The position numbers and the translations under genes were made by a program. DNA of 64,000 bases from assembly GCA_032654565.1 (NCBI GenBank), contig JAULAX010000015.1, positions 1,024,001 through 1,088,000 of the forward strand. The letters run 5' to 3'. Below are positions 1 to 9,506 of the stretch, in pieces. A model generated the notes under the pieces. The model was not told the DNA's origin and did no database searches. It worked only from the letters and a program-made list of their open reading frames with translations. The first letter of the stretch is position 1, and each line of letters starts with the position of its first letter. This stretch comes from Anaeromyxobacteraceae bacterium. Lineage in GTDB: Bacteria; Myxococcota; Myxococcia; Myxococcales; Anaeromyxobacteraceae.

Positions 1-806
1 GCGACCGGGCCGCGGTGCGCGCCACCATGGGGCGCATCGAGCGGCGGCTGGCGGCGGCCGGCGTGCAGGCGCTGCTGGTCTACACCGACCCGCCCGGCGC
101 GGCGCTGCGCGTCGACGGCAAGCCGCGGGGCCGGACGCCGTACCAGGTGACGCTGGCGCCGGGCGTCTACCGGGTGGCGCTGGCGCTGGACGGCTTCGCC
201 CCCGAGGAGCTGGAGGTGGAGGTGAGCATGACCGGCACCCGCCTGGTGGACCTGGTGCTGCAGTCGCGGGTGGTCACGGCGACGGGCGCCGCGGTCCCGG
301 CCGCGACGGCCACTCCGCCCACCGCCTCGACAGCGACCGCGGCGTCGGCCGCGGCCCCGGCGGCGACCGCGGCGGCGGCCTCCGGGCAGGCTTCGGCCGC
401 CGCGCCCCCCGCGACCACGGGTTCGCCAGCGAGGACCGGCGCCCGCTCCACGCCGGACCCGGCCCCGCCGGCGCCCGCCGCCGCCCCCGACCTGAAGGCC
501 AGGCCGCCACCCTCCACGGCGCTGGCCGCCCTCCCGGCCTCACCGGCCCCGCCGCCGGGCCCACGGCGCGTCTACACCTGGGTGGCCGCGGGCGTGGCCG
601 TGGCCGCCGGGGTCGCCGGCGTCGCCTCCGGCCTCTCCGCCAGGAGCACCGCGGCGCGGCTCCGCGACGGGACGGTCCACGCCGACGCCGCGGCCATGGC
701 CCGCGACGCCCAGAGGAAGGCCACCACCGCCAACGTGCTCTACGGCCTCTCCGGCGCGGCGGCGGCGGCCGGGGTGACGCTCTTCTTCGTGGAGGGGAAG
801 TTCTGA
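1..806 (+). CDS. PEGA-domain protein with Ala/Pro linker and C-terminal hydrophobic hairpin (5' truncated by window edge)
   Basis: PEGA motif LLVYTDPPGAALRVDGKPRGRTP...PGVYRV; C-terminal WVAAGVAV...ANVLYGLSG...LFF; frame is open back to the window start. Confidence 0.8.
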   Translation, partial: DRAAVRATMGRIERRLAAAGVQALLVYTDPPGAALRVDGKPRGRTPYQVTLAPGVYRVALALDGFAPEELEVEVSMTGTRLVDLVLQSRVVTATGAAVPAATATPPTASTATAASAAAPAATAAAASGQASAAAPPATTGSPARTGARSTPDPAPPAPAAAPDLKARPPPSTALAALPASPAPPPGPRRVYTWVAAGVAVAAGVAGVASGLSARSTAARLRDGTVHADAAAMARDAQRKATTANVLYGLSGAAAAAGVTLFFVEGKF

Positions 807-2371
807 TGCGCCTCGCCTCGCTGCCCGTGCTCGCCCTCGCCGCGCTGGCCTCCCTGGCCGCCGGCCTGGCCGGCTGCTCCGTGAACGTGGAGGGGGCGAA
901 GTGTCACGTGGTGGGGGCCACCGACGAGTGCCCGTCGGGGCAGCGCTGCGGCACCGACTGGAACTGCAGCGTGCGTGCGGCGGCCTGCGAGCCGTGCGTG
1001 GCGGGGGCCACCGCGTGCCGGGTCGAGACGCCGGGGAGCGTGATGGAGTGCTTCACCGACGACCCGGTCTGCGGCACCTGGAAGGTGGCGGCGGGCGGCG
1101 CCTGCGTGGCCGGCCTGCAGACCTGCAAGAGGTCGGCGCTGGACGTGCCCACCTGCGCCTGCGACCACTGGACCGTGATCCCCGGCGGCAGCGCCGCGGC
1201 CTGCACCCGGCCGTCGATCACCGGCGCCCTGATCGAGGCCATGAAGTTCCCCGGGCCGGTGGTGAGGCTGGGGGGCGGCGCCACCGCCACCTACGGGAAC
1301 GAGCTGGACGACAGCGCGCCCATCGTCCTGCCCGCGGGCGTGACGGTGATCGGGGACGAGACCGCGCCGGTGGCGGTGCCGCTCAACCGGATCATCGAGG
1401 TGCGGGGGTCGGTGGCAGCGCCCAACGCCCTGGCGGCGCTGGTGGTCGAGCCCGGCGCCAGCGTGCGCGGCGTGACCGTCCGCCGCGTCGACGCCTCGGC
1501 GCCGTTGGTCGGCGTGGTCGTCGACGGGGCCTCGCCGGCGGGGGGCAACTCGCTGCTGGCTGTCCAGGTCGACGCCGGCACGGCCGGCTTCCCCTTCGCG
1601 GTGGGGCTGCGCATCAGCGCCGCCGGCGCCGTGGCGGTGAGCGACGTGCGGGTCAGCGGGGCCACCGTGGCCGGCCTGGAGGTGAACCGGTCCGCGGCCA
1701 CCGACGCGGCGGTCGTGACCGGGTCGACGTTCGACCAGAACCAGGTCGGGGTCAGCTTGATCAAGGGGGATTTGACGTTGAGTGGTTCGACGTTGAAGCG
1801 AAGCATTTGGGAGGGTTTCGTTTCGGCAACCGGAGTGTCCAACCTGACCAGCCTTTCCCTTGTCGATAGCTTCATCACTTGGAACGGGCGGGGTGGCGTA
1901 CGATTGTTTGGCAACAAGACCGTGGCCATTATTGGGACGAGGATCTGCGGAAACACAGGGTTCAGCCGATCCCCACCGGGAGCCACGAGAATGGTCGGCG
2001 GCATCTACACTGTCGGCGATCCGCCAATGTCGCTCACGTTTCAAGGAAACCTTCTCTTCGACAACAGCGGAGACCAGGTCTTGGTCGCAGCGTCCGGTGC
2101 AAGCTGGGATCTCACTGGCTCTGTCTCGAATTCTTGCCCGGCCAATTCTCGAAACACTTTCGCCAAGTACGCATTGCCCGGAGTCGGGTTGGCCGCAGTC
2201 GGAGCAACGGTGGTCGCGAAGTTCAACTCCTGGGGAAACGCAACTCCAGACATTGACCGAGACTTCGTTTCGGTCGCAGGGTCAGTCGACGTCGGCACCG
2301 GAAACGGCGATACCAACTTCTGTAGCGCCCTGCCCCCAGACGATCCCAGCCTCACCTGCCCGCTGCCCTGA
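806..2371 (+). CDS. Lipoprotein with Cys-rich N-terminal region and probable right-handed beta-helix
   Basis: Lipobox LAGC; Cys-rich repeats; beta-helix-like repeats (STFDQNQVGV, ITWNGRGGV, ICGNTG, LFDNSG); start overlaps the upstream TGA. Confidence 0.75.
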   Translation: MRLASLPVLALAALASLAAGLAGCSVNVEGAKCHVVGATDECPSGQRCGTDWNCSVRAAACEPCVAGATACRVETPGSVMECFTDDPVCGTWKVAAGGACVAGLQTCKRSALDVPTCACDHWTVIPGGSAAACTRPSITGALIEAMKFPGPVVRLGGGATATYGNELDDSAPIVLPAGVTVIGDETAPVAVPLNRIIEVRGSVAAPNALAALVVEPGASVRGVTVRRVDASAPLVGVVVDGASPAGGNSLLAVQVDAGTAGFPFAVGLRISAAGAVAVSDVRVSGATVAGLEVNRSAATDAAVVTGSTFDQNQVGVSLIKGDLTLSGSTLKRSIWEGFVSATGVSNLTSLSLVDSFITWNGRGGVRLFGNKTVAIIGTRICGNTGFSRSPPGATRMVGGIYTVGDPPMSLTFQGNLLFDNSGDQVLVAASGASWDLTGSVSNSCPANSRNTFAKYALPGVGLAAVGATVVAKFNSWGNATPDIDRDFVSVAGSVDVGTGNGDTNFCSALPPDDPSLTCPLP

Positions 2372-3781
2372 CCGAGCCGCAGCGCCTGCGAAGTACCTCT
2401 CCACGCACCTCTCCCCGAACGCCCGGCGCGCAGCCAACTTGTTGTGCGGTCCGCAGAGCAAGCGAAGGTTGTCCTCCGTCCTTCCGCCGAACATGGCCCA
2501 CGGCAGGATGTGATCGAGCTCCAACCGGTGCGTCGAGCCGCAGCGGCCACCGCCGTCGAGCGGCCAGGAGCAACGGCCGCCATCGCGCGCCCAGACGGCG
2601 CGGCGCACGGCGGCGGGGATGGGTTCGCGCGGGCCGGTGCGGCGGTGAGGTGGTGGCTCGTTCGAAGGTTCGGTCGAGGGCTCGGTCAGGGGAGGCCTGG
2701 ACGGGACGAGCGAGTGCGGTGGAGGGGAGCCTGGCTGCGGGTCGGCCCGAGTGACCTGGGGCGTCTTCTCGGTGCTCGGTTGCGCCGGCGCGGCGACAAC
2801 CTCCCTCACCGGCAGCGGCTCCGCCGTGGCGGCCACGCCGCGCGGCTTCTTCAACTGCCCGCGCGCCCTGGCCTGCTTCTCCAGCAACAGGTCGACCGCC
2901 GCGTCGATCACCTGCTCCATCGTCGCGCCGGGCCTGGCGTGGCCGAGGCCGACCTGAGCGGCTTCGAGCTTCTTCAGGAGCTGGCGCGAGACGGTGATGT
3001 GGAGCCGGCGCAGGTCGGCCGTGAGTGGTTCGATGTCGTCGCGCGGAGACTGCGTCCGTTCGCCTCCCCCGTTGGCGATTCCCGACGTCGGGAATCGCCA
3101 AGGAGGGACCTCGTCCGGGTGTGCGCCGGACAGAGGCGCGGGCGCGGGCATGGACGTGGACGTGGACGTGGACGGCTGCGTGGGACCAAACGGCAGCGTG
3201 GTCGGCGGCGTAGACGCGGACGGAAGCGCTTGCGTGAGCGTGAGCAGGGGCTGCGCGGCGCTGGCTGGCGACGCCACCGATCGGTCGAACAGCTGGGTCA
3301 CCACCATCCTGGTGCTCGGCACGTGGCGAGGCTGGAGCTCGGCGACCAGCTCCTGCGCCTCACGCGACGAGAGACCGAAGAAGCGCGGCGTGACGACGGC
3401 CCGGTTCTCCTCGGTCAGCACCTTGGCCAGCTCGCCGACCGTGGAGAGGCAGAGCTTGCCCTCGCCGAGCGGCGCGATGATCTCGGGGAAGCGCTGGAGC
3501 AGCTCGGCGGCGCTCCTGCGGTAGTAGGCCGCGCTCTTGGAGAGCCCGAGATCGGCGATGAGGAAGGCGAAGAGGTTGGCATGGCCGAGCGGCTCCCAGC
3601 CACGCCGCCGATCGAAGTCGGCCAGGGCGACCAGAAAGCCGGCCAGGGCGCCTTGTTCCTTTCGGAGCAGGAGCTTGAGCGCGTCGCGGAGCTGCCGTGC
3701 TTCCAGGAGTGCGAGGGAGGGGGTGGCCGCTCCGTGGGTCGAAGCCGCGGCCGAGGATGGGGTCGGTTGCGCGTTGATCAT
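2282..3781 (-). CDS. HNH endonuclease (DUF222-like N-terminus, C-terminal Zn-finger HNH)
   Basis: IPAAVRRAVWARDGGRC..C.STHRLELDHI.PWA.GG...DNLRLLCGPHN; N-terminal LADFDRRRGW..LGHANLF. Confidence 0.85.
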   Translation of the reverse strand: MINAQPTPSSAAASTHGAATPSLALLEARQLRDALKLLLRKEQGALAGFLVALADFDRRRGWEPLGHANLFAFLIADLGLSKSAAYYRRSAAELLQRFPEIIAPLGEGKLCLSTVGELAKVLTEENRAVVTPRFFGLSSREAQELVAELQPRHVPSTRMVVTQLFDRSVASPASAAQPLLTLTQALPSASTPPTTLPFGPTQPSTSTSTSMPAPAPLSGAHPDEVPPWRFPTSGIANGGGERTQSPRDDIEPLTADLRRLHITVSRQLLKKLEAAQVGLGHARPGATMEQVIDAAVDLLLEKQARARGQLKKPRGVAATAEPLPVREVVAAPAQPSTEKTPQVTRADPQPGSPPPHSLVPSRPPLTEPSTEPSNEPPPHRRTGPREPIPAAVRRAVWARDGGRCSWPLDGGGRCGSTHRLELDHILPWAMFGGRTEDNLRLLCGPHNKLAARRAFGERCVERYFAGAAARSGQRAGEAGIVWGQGATEVGIAVSGADVD

Positions 3782-3787
3782 TCACGG

Positions 3788-3809
3788 AGCGTCTCACGCT
3801 GGTCTGACA
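3788..3809 (-). promoter_or_regulatory. Putative promoter TGTCAG-N10-GACGCT, 6 nt before the HNH ATG (PafBC/RecA-NDp-like, leaderless)
   Basis: Minus strand reads TGTCAG accagcgtga GACGCT ccgtga ATG. Confidence 0.45.
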
Positions 3810-3921
3810 TTTCCGGGGTCGCGGAGACGCATGGAACCCAACAGGGACGCGCGTTCTACGGCGGACCTTGGGTGGTCCACGGGAGGACGCCGTGCGGGAC
3901 CTTCCGAGCTCTGTGATGGAC

Positions 3922-4029
3922 GTCGAGGTGAAGGCGAAGGCGAAGGCGAAGACGAAGTCGAAGTCGAAGTCGAAGTCGAAGGTGAAGTCGAAGTCGAAGG
4001 TGAAGTCGAAGTCGAACCCGAACTCGAAG
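3922..4029. repeat. Degenerate hexamer tandem repeat (GTCGAA/GGCGAA/GGTGAA)n, about 18 units
   Basis: Directly visible tandem repeat. Confidence 0.9.
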
Positions 4030-4281
4030 GCGCCGCCGCAGGGCCCGGCGGGCGGGACGCGACGGCCCGCTGCGGAGCGGCGCCGGGCTGTGCAGGGTCC
4101 GCCGCGGCGCGCCCTCCTGCCGTGTGCGCGGCGAAGCCTGTCTGAGCTCCGCGTCGCGAAGCGTTCGCGGAGCGAGTTCTGCAGCCGCGCCCGTCACGTC
4201 CCCGCGCCGCGCGCCGAGGCCTGCGTTCCATGCGGCGCGACGCGCAGCACAGGGCCGGAGCGGACCCGACCCGCCGGGGCC

Positions 4282-4676
4282 GAGAGGCCGGCGCCGTCGG
4301 GCGGAGGGGGACGTCGGGAGGAGGGGGACGTACCCAACGGCGGGTGAAGGCCAGGCCATGAGAAGGTCCTGGTGGCTTGCGGCGGCGCCACCAGAAGCCG
4401 GCGCCGTCGCGAATAGCGCCGTCGCGATTGAGAGGCCGGCGCCGTCAGGAGGAGAGGGCCGTACCCAACGGCGGGTGAAGGCCAGGCCATGAGAAGGTCC
4501 TGGTGGCTTGCGGCGGCGCCACCAGAAGCCGGCGCCGTCGCGAATAGCGCCGTCGCGATTGAGAGGCCGGCGCCGTCAGGAGGAGAGGGCCGTACCCAAC
4601 GGCGGGTGAAGGCCAGGCCATGAGAAGGTCCTGGTGGCTTGCGGCGGCGCCACCAGAAGCCGGCGCCGTCGCGATT
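4282..4676. repeat. 131-bp direct tandem repeat, about 3 near-identical copies
   Basis: GTACCCAACGGCGGGTGAAGG at 4330, 4461 and 4592; internal hairpin CTGGTGGC/GCCACCAG. Confidence 0.95.
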
Positions 4677-4701
4677 GGTGCCTGCTATACCTCCGCCCTC
4701 C

Positions 4702-5610
4702 ATGCCCTCCACCCGCCAGCCCGTCGACGCCTCCGCCACCGGGCTGATGGTGCTGCTCTGCGCCCTCTGGGGGCTGCAGCAGGTGGCCATCAAGGTGGCG
4801 GCGCCTGACATCGCCCCCATCATGCAGGTGGCGCTCCGCTCCGGCCTCTCCGCCGCGCTGGTGGCCGGCTGGGCCCGCTGGCGCGGCCAGCGGCTCGACC
4901 TGCTCGGCCCGGCGCTCCGCCCCGGCCTGCTGGCCGGCGCCCTCTTCGCCGCCGAGTTCCTCTTCGTGGCCGAGGGGCTGCGCCACACCAGCGCCTCGCA
5001 CATGGCCGTCTTCCTCTACACCTCGCCGGTCTTCACGGCGCTCGGCCTGCACCTGGCGCTCCGCTCGGAGCGGCTCTCCCGGACCCAGTGGATCGGCGTC
5101 CTCACCGCCTTCGCCGGCATCGCCGTGGCCTTCGGCGGTGGGCTGCTGGCCGGCGGGGCCGGGCCGGATGCGCTGCTCGGCGACCTGCTCGGCGTGGCCG
5201 CCGGGGCCGCCTGGGGCGCCACCACCGTGGTGGTGCGCCGCTCGGCGCTCTCCGAGGCGCCGCCGGCGCAGACGCTGCTCTACCAGCTGCTGGTCGGCTT
5301 CGTGCTGCTGCTGGTCGCCGCCGTGGTCACCGGCCAGGCCGGCCGGGTGGCGCTGACGCCGCTGGCCTCGGCGAGCCTGCTCTTCCAGGGGGTGGTCATC
5401 TCCTTCGCCTCCTACCTGGCCTGGTTCTGGCTGCTGCGCCGCTACCTGGCCTCGCGCATCGCCGTCTTCTCCTTCATGACGCCGCTCTTCGGCGTCAGCT
5501 TCGGCGTGCTGCTGCTCGGCGAGCCGATCACGCCGGTCTTCGGCGCCGGGGCGCTGCTGGTGCTGGCCGGCATCACCGTGGTGAGCCTGGCGGGGCCGAA
5601 GCGCGGCTGA
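4702..5610 (+). CDS. DMT/EamA family transporter
   Basis: Two EamA repeats, about 10 TM helices, LWGLQQVAIK and GVLLLGEPIT; ATG 4702 preferred over the track start inside the repeat. Confidence 0.9.
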   Translation: MPSTRQPVDASATGLMVLLCALWGLQQVAIKVAAPDIAPIMQVALRSGLSAALVAGWARWRGQRLDLLGPALRPGLLAGALFAAEFLFVAEGLRHTSASHMAVFLYTSPVFTALGLHLALRSERLSRTQWIGVLTAFAGIAVAFGGGLLAGGAGPDALLGDLLGVAAGAAWGATTVVVRRSALSEAPPAQTLLYQLLVGFVLLLVAAVVTGQAGRVALTPLASASLLFQGVVISFASYLAWFWLLRRYLASRIAVFSFMTPLFGVSFGVLLLGEPITPVFGAGALLVLAGITVVSLAGPKRG

Positions 5611-5748
5611 GACCCGAGGGGCAGGGGGACGGCCAGGGCTGGAGCGCCGGTCTGGCGGGTCATGGCCCGGATGTAAGATTTCATTTCTCGATCCGTGAAG
5701 CTCCATCGATCACAGCAACTACGGCAGGTTACCGGTATGAACCAGATG

Positions 5749-5769
5749 TCATGTTTCATATTTCATGAA
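5749..5769. promoter_or_regulatory. AT-rich candidate GntR operator (TTTCAT direct repeats, TTCATGAA palindrome)
   Basis: tcatgtttcatatttcatgaa, about 45 bp upstream of gntR. Confidence 0.4.
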
Positions 5770-5811
5770 GATCATTGACAGCCTCGCTCCGGCTCGCCAT
5801 CCTCCGCGGCC

Positions 5812-6561
5812 GTGACCAGGAAGATCCAGGCCAGCCAGCTCTCCAGCCAGGCCTACGCGGCGCTGAAGGAGATGATCGGGGCGCACCGGTTCGATCCGGG
5901 CGCCCGGGTCAACATCGAGGCGCTGACGCGGGAGCTGGGCGTGAGCCGCACCCCGGTCTGGGAGGCGGTCGCCAGGCTCGAGCACGAGGGGCTGCTGGAG
6001 CGGATCCCGCACCGGGGCGTCTTCATGGCGGTGTTGACGCTGGAGAAGGCGCTCGACCTCTACGCGGTGCGCGAGCTCCTCGAGGGGCTGGCGGCGCGCC
6101 AGGCGGCCACCCGGATCGACGACCGCGCCCTGCAGAAGATGGCCGCCTGCCTGAAGAAGCAGCGGGCCCTGGTCGAGGCCTCCGACGTGGTCGGCTACTC
6201 CACCACCGACTTCGACCTCCACGCCGCCGTCTACGAGGCCTGCGGCAACCCCTTCCTCTCCGAGATGCTGGAGAAGCTGAAGGCCCAGATGCGGCCCATG
6301 CGGATCCACATCGAGCGGATCCTCCCCGAGCTCTACGCCGACCACCTGCGGCTCTACGAGGCCCTGGCGGCGCGCGATCCGGACCGGGCCGAGGCCGCCT
6401 TCCGCGCCCACAACCGCTTCCTCATGGAGCACATCCGGGAGCTCCTGCGAGCGCCGGAGGAGATCGGCCGCGGACGTCGCGGCGCAGCGCCGGGCCACGC
6501 CGAGCGGGCCGGCCCGGAAGGCATCACCCCGCAACCAGCCACAAGGAGAGCCAGCACATGA
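5812..6561 (+). CDS. GntR family (FCD) transcriptional regulator
   Basis: LGVSRTPVWEA HTH; FCD motifs FDLHAAV and GNPFL. Confidence 0.92.
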   Translation: MTRKIQASQLSSQAYAALKEMIGAHRFDPGARVNIEALTRELGVSRTPVWEAVARLEHEGLLERIPHRGVFMAVLTLEKALDLYAVRELLEGLAARQAATRIDDRALQKMAACLKKQRALVEASDVVGYSTTDFDLHAAVYEACGNPFLSEMLEKLKAQMRPMRIHIERILPELYADHLRLYEALAARDPDRAEAAFRAHNRFLMEHIRELLRAPEEIGRGRRGAAPGHAERAGPEGITPQPATRRAST

Positions 6562-7190
6562 AGATCCCCAAGGAACGGACCGCCATCGTCCTCATCGAGC
6601 CGCAGAACGACTTCCTCAGCCCGGGCGGCACGATGTACCAGTACATCGCCGACCAGCTGAAGCAGCGGAACGTCATCGCCAACCTCCAGGGGCTGCTGCA
6701 GGGCGCCCGCGGCAAGTGCAAGATCTTCTACGTGCCCTTCCAGGCCTTCAAGAAGGGGTTCCCCGAGCTGAAGCGGGGCGGCCCGGGGACCGCCGGCCTG
6801 CGCGGCATCGAGATGGACATGAAGGCCGACTGGGGCACCGGCGCCTGGCTGGAGGGGACCCCGGGCCCGGAGATCATCCCGCAGCTCACCCCCAAGGACG
6901 GCGACATCATCGTCCGCGGCAAGCTCACCCTCGACGCCTTCCACTCCACGGCGCTCAACTACCTGCTGCGCGCCAACGAGATCGAGTACGTGGCCATGGC
7001 CGGCTTCCACACCAACTGGTGCGTGGAGGCGACCGCCCGCTCCGCCTACGACCTCGGCTACCGGGTCATCGCCCTCAAGGACTGCACCGGCACCGACACC
7101 GCCCGCGAGCAGGAGTACGCCGAGCAGGTGATCTTCCCGCGCATCGGCTCGGTCATGACCTCCACCGAGTTCCTGGCCGCGCTGGTCTGA
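6558..7190 (+). CDS. Cysteine hydrolase (isochorismatase family)
   Basis: IEPQNDF, GKLTLDAF, HTNWCVEATAR; SD AAGGAG; ATGA overlap with gntR. Confidence 0.9.
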   Translation: MKIPKERTAIVLIEPQNDFLSPGGTMYQYIADQLKQRNVIANLQGLLQGARGKCKIFYVPFQAFKKGFPELKRGGPGTAGLRGIEMDMKADWGTGAWLEGTPGPEIIPQLTPKDGDIIVRGKLTLDAFHSTALNYLLRANEIEYVAMAGFHTNWCVEATARSAYDLGYRVIALKDCTGTDTAREQEYAEQVIFPRIGSVMTSTEFLAALV

Positions 7191-7204
7191 GCCGAGCCGA
7201 GTCG

Positions 7205-7294
7205 GGCGGCCGCGCCGGTTGGTGCGGCCGCCGCAGCAAGGCGCGTCCTCGGGCGCTCCGGTGCCACCCCCCCCGGCGGCCGGAGCACCCGAGG
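7205..7294. other. Two strong intercistronic hairpins
   Basis: GGCGGCCGCGCC-ggtt-GGTGCGGCCGCC and CCTCGGGCGCTCCGG...CCGGAGCACCCGAGG. Confidence 0.6.
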
Positions 7295-7338
7295 CGCGTC
7301 GTCGTCCCGTCCACGCCGGGGAAAGTGAGGCTCCACCG

Positions 7339-8604
7339 ATGAAGCAGAGAATGCACTCCGCCCTGCTGAAGCTGTCCGTCGCGGCCATCGCGGTGTCGCT
7401 GGCTGTCCCGGCGACCCGGGCGGCCGACTACCCCAAGGACGACCTCAAGATCGGCCTGATGTTCGGCCTCACCGGCCCGGCCTCGCCCATCGGCCCGGTG
7501 CAGCGCGACGGCGCGCTGCTGGCCATCGAGGAGGTCAACGCCGCCGGCGGCCTCACCGTCGGCAACAAGAAGGTCAAGGTCACCTACGTCCTCAAGGACG
7601 ACGAGACCAAGCCCGACGTCGCCATCCGGCGCTTCCGCGAGCTGCTGGGCGAGGACAAGGTCGACATCCTGGTCGGCCAGACCTTCGCCCCCATCACCGG
7701 GGCCCTGAACAAGGAGGTCAAGAAGACCCCCATCGGCTACTTCCCGGTCAACGTGGTGGCCTACGGCCTCTTCAAGAAGGAGGAGATCGCCCCCACCACC
7801 TTCGCGGTGCACGGCTCGGCCTACTCGGCCGGCTACGCCAGCGCCACCTACGTGGCCCAGACCCTCGGCCACAAGAAGGTGGTCTTCTTCGCGCCCGCCT
7901 ACGCCTTCGGCCAGGACCAGTGGCGCGGCGCCGAGGCCGCCTTCACCAAGCTGGGCGTCAAGGCCGAGTACCTGGAGTCGCCGGTGGGCACCGCCGACTT
8001 CACGCCCTACCTCACCAAGATCATGGAGATGAAGCCGGAGGTGGTGATGCTGGCCCACTGGGGCGTCGACGCCATCAACGTCCTCAAGCAGACCTACGAG
8101 ACCGGCCTGAAGGGCAAGACCCGCATCTGGTTCGACTGGATGACCAACGTCTTCGGCAGCGGCGTGCCGCCCGAGGCGCTGGAGGGCGTCTACTCGCTGA
8201 TGAGCTGGTACCACGACCTGGGCGACTTCCCCGACAAGGAGGTGGTGGCCTCCAGCAAGGCCTTCGCCGACAAGTTCAAGAAGGCCTACGGCGTGCCGCC
8301 CGACCCGTACGCGGCCATGGCCTACATCGGCACCAAGGAGGCGATGCGCGCCGTCAGCCTGGCCAGGAGCACCGATCCCGCGGCGCTGGCCGCGGCCATC
8401 ACCGCCAACCCCTCCTTCGACTCCATGAAGGGCAAGGGGACCTGGCGCAAGGACCACCAGCCGGTCTTCAAGCACAACGCCTTCGTGGTGGTGGGCAAGT
8501 CGGCCGCCGAGCGCAAGGGCGACAAGTGGGATCTCGTCAAGGTGATCGGCTCCTTCACCAACGAGGACTACCTGCCGTCGCTGAAGATGCTCGGCTACGA
8601 GTAG
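7339..8604 (+). CDS. Liv-type ABC transporter substrate-binding protein
   Basis: Signal peptide, KIGLMFGLTGP, EVNAAGG, DDETKP, DFTPYLTKI. Confidence 0.92.
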   Translation: MKQRMHSALLKLSVAAIAVSLAVPATRAADYPKDDLKIGLMFGLTGPASPIGPVQRDGALLAIEEVNAAGGLTVGNKKVKVTYVLKDDETKPDVAIRRFRELLGEDKVDILVGQTFAPITGALNKEVKKTPIGYFPVNVVAYGLFKKEEIAPTTFAVHGSAYSAGYASATYVAQTLGHKKVVFFAPAYAFGQDQWRGAEAAFTKLGVKAEYLESPVGTADFTPYLTKIMEMKPEVVMLAHWGVDAINVLKQTYETGLKGKTRIWFDWMTNVFGSGVPPEALEGVYSLMSWYHDLGDFPDKEVVASSKAFADKFKKAYGVPPDPYAAMAYIGTKEAMRAVSLARSTDPAALAAAITANPSFDSMKGKGTWRKDHQPVFKHNAFVVVGKSAAERKGDKWDLVKVIGSFTNEDYLPSLKMLGYE

Positions 8605-8683
8605 CCCGCTGGACCGCGCCGCGGGGAGGGGCCGCCGGCCTCTCCCCGCGCCACCACACCCCGGCTGGTTGACGGAGGATCAC

Positions 8684-9505
8684 ATGGTCACCGCAGCGAG
8701 CTCGGCCGCCCCCATCCTGGAGACGCGCGCCGTCACCGCCAGGTTCGGCGCCTTCACCGCCGTCGACGGGGCCAGCTACCGGCTCCTCGAGGGCGAGACC
8801 GCGGGCATCATCGGTCCCAACGGCGCCGGCAAGTCCACCTTCTTCAACCTGGTGACCGGCCTGGTGCTGCCGTCGTCCGGCACCGTGCACCTCGCCGGCG
8901 AGGAGGTCACCGGGGTGGCGCCCCACCAGCGGGTCAAGGCCGGGTTGGTGCGGACCTTCCAGCTGGTCTCGGTCTTCGATGCCCTGCCGGTGCTCGACAA
9001 CCTGGTCCTGGCGGTGGTCCACGCCGCCCCGGCGCTGGCCAGCGGCCCCGGCTTCCTGTTCGGATCGTCGCGACGCGGCGGCATCGAGGAGGCCGCGCGG
9101 GAGGCCCTCGACCGGGTCGGGCTGGCGGGGAAGGCGGGGCTGCTCACCGCCGAGCTCTCCTACGGCGACAAGCGCAAGCTGGAGATCGGCATCGCCCTGG
9201 CGCTGCGCCCGCGGGTGCTGCTGCTCGACGAGCCCTTCGCCGGCCTCTCCGACTTCGAGATCGGCGAGGTGCTGCGCCTGGTCAAGACCATCCAGGGGAG
9301 CCTCTCCATGGTCATCATCGAACACAAGATCTCCCACCTCCTCGACGTGGTCTCGCGCCTCTCGGTGATGCACGAGGGGAAGATCATCGCCGAGGGGGAC
9401 CCGGGCCAGGTGCTGGAGGACCCCACCGTGCGCCACGTCTACTGGGGCGGCGGCCAGGGACGCGGGCTGGCCGAGGTGCGCGGCACCAGGAAGGCCGAGG
9501 CCTGA
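8684..9505 (+). CDS. ABC ATP-binding protein (LivG-like)
   Basis: GPNGAGKST, LSYGDKRKLEI, LLLDEP. Confidence 0.92.
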   Translation: MVTAASSAAPILETRAVTARFGAFTAVDGASYRLLEGETAGIIGPNGAGKSTFFNLVTGLVLPSSGTVHLAGEEVTGVAPHQRVKAGLVRTFQLVSVFDALPVLDNLVLAVVHAAPALASGPGFLFGSSRRGGIEEAAREALDRVGLAGKAGLLTAELSYGDKRKLEIGIALALRPRVLLLDEPFAGLSDFEIGEVLRLVKTIQGSLSMVIIEHKISHLLDVVSRLSVMHEGKIIAEGDPGQVLEDPTVRHVYWGGGQGRGLAEVRGTRKAEA

Positions 9506-9506
9506 G

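Noticed and set aside
2282..3781. HNH protein as IscB, Cas9 or TnpB
   Set aside because: No RuvC or PLMP motifs, terminal repeats or transposase are visible
3868..4347. KSKSKS-rich ORF and its EVEVEV and antisense counterparts
   Set aside because: These are translation products of the hexamer repeat, with no independent coding evidence
4282..4676. 131-bp repeats as a guide array or coding repeat
   Set aside because: Copies are essentially identical and the period is not a multiple of 3
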